A stretch of DNA of 10,083 nt from Nitrospinota bacterium (GTDB lineage: Bacteria; UBA8248), in the NCBI GenBank assembly GCA_046581755.1, contig JAYGFR010000192.1, positions 1-10,083 of the forward strand, in the 5' to 3' direction. Position 1 is the stretch's first letter; each line of letters starts with the position of its first letter. Positions 6,634-10,083 of the stretch are shown here, piece after piece. The position numbers were made by a program, and so were the translations under genes. The notes beneath the pieces are model-generated. The model was not told the DNA's origin, ran no database searches, and saw nothing but the letters and a program-made list of their open reading frames with translations.

Positions 6634-7605
6634 TCAGATCAGAATATTTCCGTCCTTCATGACCATCTCATCGTCCAGCCAAACCGTCGGACGATCGTAG
6701 ATCATGTCCACGTGAAGCGGGGTGTTCACCTCCCCGGCGAGGCTTTGGCTGTCCCCGAAAGCCATATGGCAGGTGCCCATCGCTTTTTTGGCCTCGCGCA
6801 CGGTCACCCGCTTGCGGCAGGCCCCGTTGGTGCCGAAGGCGAACTCGGCCACGTTTTTGGCCAGCTCCCCGGCCTCGTCGAGAATGGCCCAGAAGCGCTC
6901 CCCCTCCGGGCTCCCGGAGGCCGAGACGGCAAGGCCCGCCTTCACTTCGATCCGCATGGGAGCGGAGATCTGGCCCAGATCCTTGTGCTCGATGCAAAAG
7001 GGCGAGACGAGCACCCCGCTCGCCGAGCCGCGCACCGGGCAAATGGTGGCCTCGCCGCCCGGGCAGGCGCAGTGCTCGCCGGGCCCGTGGGCCGTCTGGA
7101 GGAGAGCGAAGCCCTCCCGGCCATCGAGCGAGAACGAGATGTCCGACCCTTCGGGGGTGGTCATCCGGCCCCGCTTCGCGCAGGTCAGCCTTTCGGTCAG
7201 TTTCAGGGAGATCGACTCCATTTCGGCATGATCAACGTTGGCGCCGCCGACCACCATCATCTCCTCCTCGAACCCCCACATCTCCAGCGTGCGCGTCCCG
7301 CCGGCCAGGGCGTCGCGGATGGTGTCGGTGTGGAAAGTGGCGTAGCTGAGCTGGAGGAAGACGACATCGGAGGCGTGAATGGCCGCGCTCACGTGCGGGG
7401 GCGGATCGATCCCCCCCATCAGGCGCGGGGACATATGGACGATGGCGAGTTCGGCGCCGGCGCCGGCCACCGCTTGGGCCAGGGCTTCGGTGATGGTTGG
7501 AGATCGGCCCGAATCGGTCACGATGAGCGCCCTTTCGCCCGGCTTGACGGCCATGACCTCGTTGACGAGCTTTCGCGCCGTGGGCGCCATGTTGAACTTG
7601 ATCAT
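6634..7605 (-). CDS. M29 / aminopeptidase T-like (thermophilic metalloprotease fold) protein
   Basis: VKPGERALIVTD, TTPEGSDISFSL.GR, PGGEA.ICP, AEFAFGTN, GTCHMAFGDS..LAGEV..PLHVD.I...PTVWLD..VMKDG. ATG 7605 has GAGGG 5 nt upstream; ATG 7617 is an alternative start. The ORF-track extension to 7710 looks non-coding. Confidence 0.88.
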   Translation of the reverse strand: MIKFNMAPTARKLVNEVMAVKPGERALIVTDSGRSPTITEALAQAVAGAGAELAIVHMSPRLMGGIDPPPHVSAAIHASDVVFLQLSYATFHTDTIRDALAGGTRTLEMWGFEEEMMVVGGANVDHAEMESISLKLTERLTCAKRGRMTTPEGSDISFSLDGREGFALLQTAHGPGEHCACPGGEATICPVRGSASGVLVSPFCIEHKDLGQISAPMRIEVKAGLAVSASGSPEGERFWAILDEAGELAKNVAEFAFGTNGACRKRVTVREAKKAMGTCHMAFGDSQSLAGEVNTPLHVDMIYDRPTVWLDDEMVMKDGNILI

Positions 7606-7941
7606 GCGAACCCTCATTCCAGCCCCGCCGCGGACGAGGCTCGATGCGGCTTCCGCCCCGGAGCAGGCGGTTGATGTGGAGGATTTTCCGGTCCCCGCAT
7701 CCTGCCACAAGATGGAATTTGGGGGAATCCGGCGGCGGCTCGGCCATCCTTTGTCCGGATTCGGACGCCCCCGGCCCGAATATCCGCTCCGGAGGGAGCC
7801 TGAACCTCGATTCCAGGTAGCGACGGGAACGGGCGAGATAGACCTTTAAAGGTAGCCGGGAGCATCCATGGTCCCATAAACTGACGGGACTGGGGGATGG
7901 GGCCATCGCCCAGCCGTATGCCGCCAGAGGGCAAACATCCA

Positions 7942-8271
7942 ATGTCCAAAAAAATATACCGCGCTTTATTGTTATGCGGGGTGGTGGCGGGCCTGGCCGG
8001 CTGCCCCTGGGTCTGAAAAAAACCCGGAGCCTCCAAGGATGACCTCCGCCAGGAGACCTTGCGGTGCAGCCGGTATGCCCAACTCTCCTATGCCTGGTCG
8101 AAAAGCCGCCTGAAGCCCATCCCGGAGACCCGGAAGGTACCGGGAACCGACGTCATTATCACGACCTCCCGGCCCCCTTCGAAATACCTGGAAATCTCGA
8201 AACATCTCAACCGCTGCATGGAAGAGGCCGGGTATAGGGCTGTGTGGAAATCCCAAACAAAATTCCCTTGA
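7942..8271 (+). pseudogene. Small lipoprotein gene (109 sense-codon equivalent) interrupted by a single in-frame TGA at codon 25
   Basis: AGAGGG SD and ATG 7942 give MSKKIYRALLLCGVVAGLAG-C (signal peptide II with lipobox LAGC), then PWV*KKPGASKDDLRQETLRC...LNRCMEEAGY...FP*. The sequence is in the same frame as ORF 8059-8271, and the TGA is at 8014-8016. Confidence 0.72.
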
Positions 8272-8351
8272 GACCGGTCGTACCCCGGGGATGGACACTG
8301 CCTCATTTCCGCCGGGCGCTCCGGCCCCCGCGGGCGGAATGCGCTAAGCGC

Positions 8352-8397
8352 AAAAAAAACCGGGCGGGAAATGATTCCCGCCCGGTTACTCTTTTTT
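8352..8397. terminator. Bidirectional rho-independent terminator
   Basis: Perfect 13-bp stem AACCGGGCGGGAA (8358-8370) / TTCCCGCCCGGTT (8375-8387) with a 4-nt loop. An A8 run on the left gives the minus-strand U-tract, and T6 lies at 8392-8397. It sits between convergent genes. Confidence 0.9.
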
Positions 8398-8407
8398 GGA
8401 TTTCGGT

Positions 8408-9715
8408 CTAGTAAACCACACCCACCTTGAATCCGTACGACGTTTGCCTATACTCAATGGAGCTTTTGTTCCCGTTCGTCGTTTTGCTCTCCCGTGTCAA
8501 TTCGAGCGCCGCGAACCAGGGGAACCTTTTCGAGGGCGCCGAGTATTTCACGTCCGCCGTAACCGTAACCAGGTTGTCTTTCCGGTTGTCGGGGTCCTCG
8601 ATGAACGCGTTGTTCTCGATCGATGGAGCAACGGTCAACTCCAGATTGTTGGAGATGAAAAAGAGCCCCTGCGTCACCCTTCCGCCGAGCCTCCACTTTC
8701 GGAATCCGAACTGACCGGGGGTCGATGCATTTTCGATTCCGGAGGCAAAGGTAAGATTCACCGAAGTTTTGGACGGACGCGCATTCCAGGTCAAATCGAC
8801 ATCTGCGCTGATACCGGTTGTGTCGCGGTCGGAGCCGTCATTCTGATCCCTTTTGTCGAGGAGGCGGAACACGCCGCCAACCGTGGCTTTGCCCGAAATC
8901 AATGCCGAGGGGTTGAAAGAGAAGCCCGCCCGCAGGGAATGGTCACGCGTATCGTCGTTCTGGGCTGTCGCTGCGCGATTGGTGAACCGGGTCCGTTTGA
9001 AACCGTAGACGAACCGGAGGCTGGTCTTCTGCGAGATGGCGAACTCGGCCAATAAGCCGGCGCGGGTCAGTTTGTTTTCCAGCCGGTCCTGGGCCGCACG
9101 GTCATATCGGTTCAGGGTCCGTCCGACGCTTACCTCGAAGTGCGTCTTGTCTTGGGCGCCTTTGTCGTTATATCCGCCGACTCCGAATTTGGTGTCGAAT
9201 TTTCCTTCCGTCCGCGGGGTGCGGGCTCCGGTTGTGCTCTGGGTTTCGCTGGAGGATGCGTCGGATGTATCGAGCCATTGGCCGTCCGTCCTCGAGTACC
9301 AGTTTGCTCCCAGGAACCCATCGAACAAGTCGACCCTCTCGAGATTCAAACCGCCCTTTGCGGTCAAATTCTCGACATCCTCGCCACCGAACTTGTCGAA
9401 ATCTATGAGCTCATATTTGAATCCGGCGGTGATATTGCTCTCCTTTGAGCCGGGAATCTTGAGAAGAAAATTCAACTCCGGCACATAGGTGAAAATCGTA
9501 TCGGATTTCTCACCGGTGTTGGTCTTGAAGATATTGTTATCGTCTTTCACAGAAATATCGATTTGCGGATGAAGTTCAAGACTTCCCAAACGAAAACGCG
9601 CACCCTCCTGCGCCGATCCAATTTTCGGAGATGAGAGAAAGACTATAGAAAGCGCAAAGGCAACAGCTAAATTTAACGGCCGACCACCTAAAATATTCAT
9701 GCTCTCGCTCCCCAT
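8408..9715 (-). CDS. Outer-membrane beta-barrel protein, probably putative beta-barrel porin 2 type (often exopolysaccharide-associated)
   Basis: Signal peptide (LAVAFALSIVFLSSPKIGSA-Q), N-terminal G.RLGSLELHPQI.....DDNNIF....EKSDTI...VP pattern, alternating amphipathic strands, and a C-terminal aromatic strand YGFKVGVVY. AAGGGGGTGA lies 5 nt before ATG 9715; ATG 9700 is an alternative start. Confidence 0.85.
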   Translation of the reverse strand: MGSESMNILGGRPLNLAVAFALSIVFLSSPKIGSAQEGARFRLGSLELHPQIDISVKDDNNIFKTNTGEKSDTIFTYVPELNFLLKIPGSKESNITAGFKYELIDFDKFGGEDVENLTAKGGLNLERVDLFDGFLGANWYSRTDGQWLDTSDASSSETQSTTGARTPRTEGKFDTKFGVGGYNDKGAQDKTHFEVSVGRTLNRYDRAAQDRLENKLTRAGLLAEFAISQKTSLRFVYGFKRTRFTNRAATAQNDDTRDHSLRAGFSFNPSALISGKATVGGVFRLLDKRDQNDGSDRDTTGISADVDLTWNARPSKTSVNLTFASGIENASTPGQFGFRKWRLGGRVTQGLFFISNNLELTVAPSIENNAFIEDPDNRKDNLVTVTADVKYSAPSKRFPWFAALELTRESKTTNGNKSSIEYRQTSYGFKVGVVY

Positions 9716-9724
9716 CCGCCTCAC

Positions 9725-10083
9725 CCCCTTTCAATTTCTGTATCCAGAAAATTCAATTTTTCGAAAAATTCAAAAAACTGAACATTTTTAATCCCAAATC
9801 CGAACATTCCAATACCGCAATTCAAATCTACATTTCCCGACCATCATTTCTTCACCACTTTTCGGTGAAGGGTAAATCATACAATAAAATCCGGACACAA
9901 AAAAGGAAAACGCCCCAATTTTTTTACCTAAATAGCACCTTCCAGCTTAATGGCAATAAGTAAGATTGACTATGTAATTAGATTAATTATGCATTAATAT
10001 TCAATTGGTTTCAAGCGATTATTCCATTTCGCACTATTTTTGACTCAAAAACGCCTAACTACAGGGATTTCTCGAAATTCTGG
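9725..10083. promoter_or_regulatory. AT-rich upstream/regulatory region of the beta-barrel gene
   Basis: No long ORF, strongly AT-rich with many A/T tracts, and an inverted repeat CTTCACC-N7-GGTGAAG at 9850-9870. No specific promoter could be assigned. Confidence 0.45.

Noticed and set aside
7606..7710. N-terminal extension of the M29-like ORF to GTG 7710
   Set aside because: Low-complexity, non-family sequence. A better SD precedes ATG 7605.
7926..8010. GGCAAAC suggestive of a c-di-GMP-I riboswitch
   Set aside because: The GNRA-capped P2 stem and the downstream GCAAAG/P3 elements are absent. The region is better explained as the RBS and signal peptide of the lipoprotein.
8014..8016. Genome-wide UGA reassignment
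   Set aside because: TGA terminates the M24 and M29 genes at their expected C-termini, and no other gene has an internal TGA.

Overview
Bacterial window (TGA is used as a normal stop, so standard code 11) with three modules. (1) An AT-richer 5' part holds a stand-alone HDOD/HDIG signalling gene (+, ~734-1591) behind a sigma-28 (FliA)-like promoter. (2) A GC-rich five-gene minus-strand operon (7605->1761) encodes an M29/aminopeptidase-T-fold protein, acyl-CoA dehydrogenase-like flavoprotein A, an M24/creatinase-fold protein, acyl-CoA dehydrogenase-like flavoprotein B and a 3-hydroxyacyl-CoA dehydrogenase-like oxidoreductase. (3) A small lipoprotein gene interrupted by one in-frame TGA (+, 7942-8271) converges, across a bidirectional terminator, on an outer-membrane beta-barrel gene (-, 8408-9715) with an AT-rich upstream region. 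The main signal is that all five operon enzymes keep their family fold but differ from the family's canonical active-site residues. Both ACADs have Asp at the catalytic Glu position, as in nitroalkane oxidase, and the M24 protein has lost its metal ligands. No CoA ligase, hydratase, thiolase or ETF gene is in the operon, which suggests an uncharacterised pathway rather than ordinary beta-oxidation or proteolysis. Family assignments come from motif recognition only; no searches were run.
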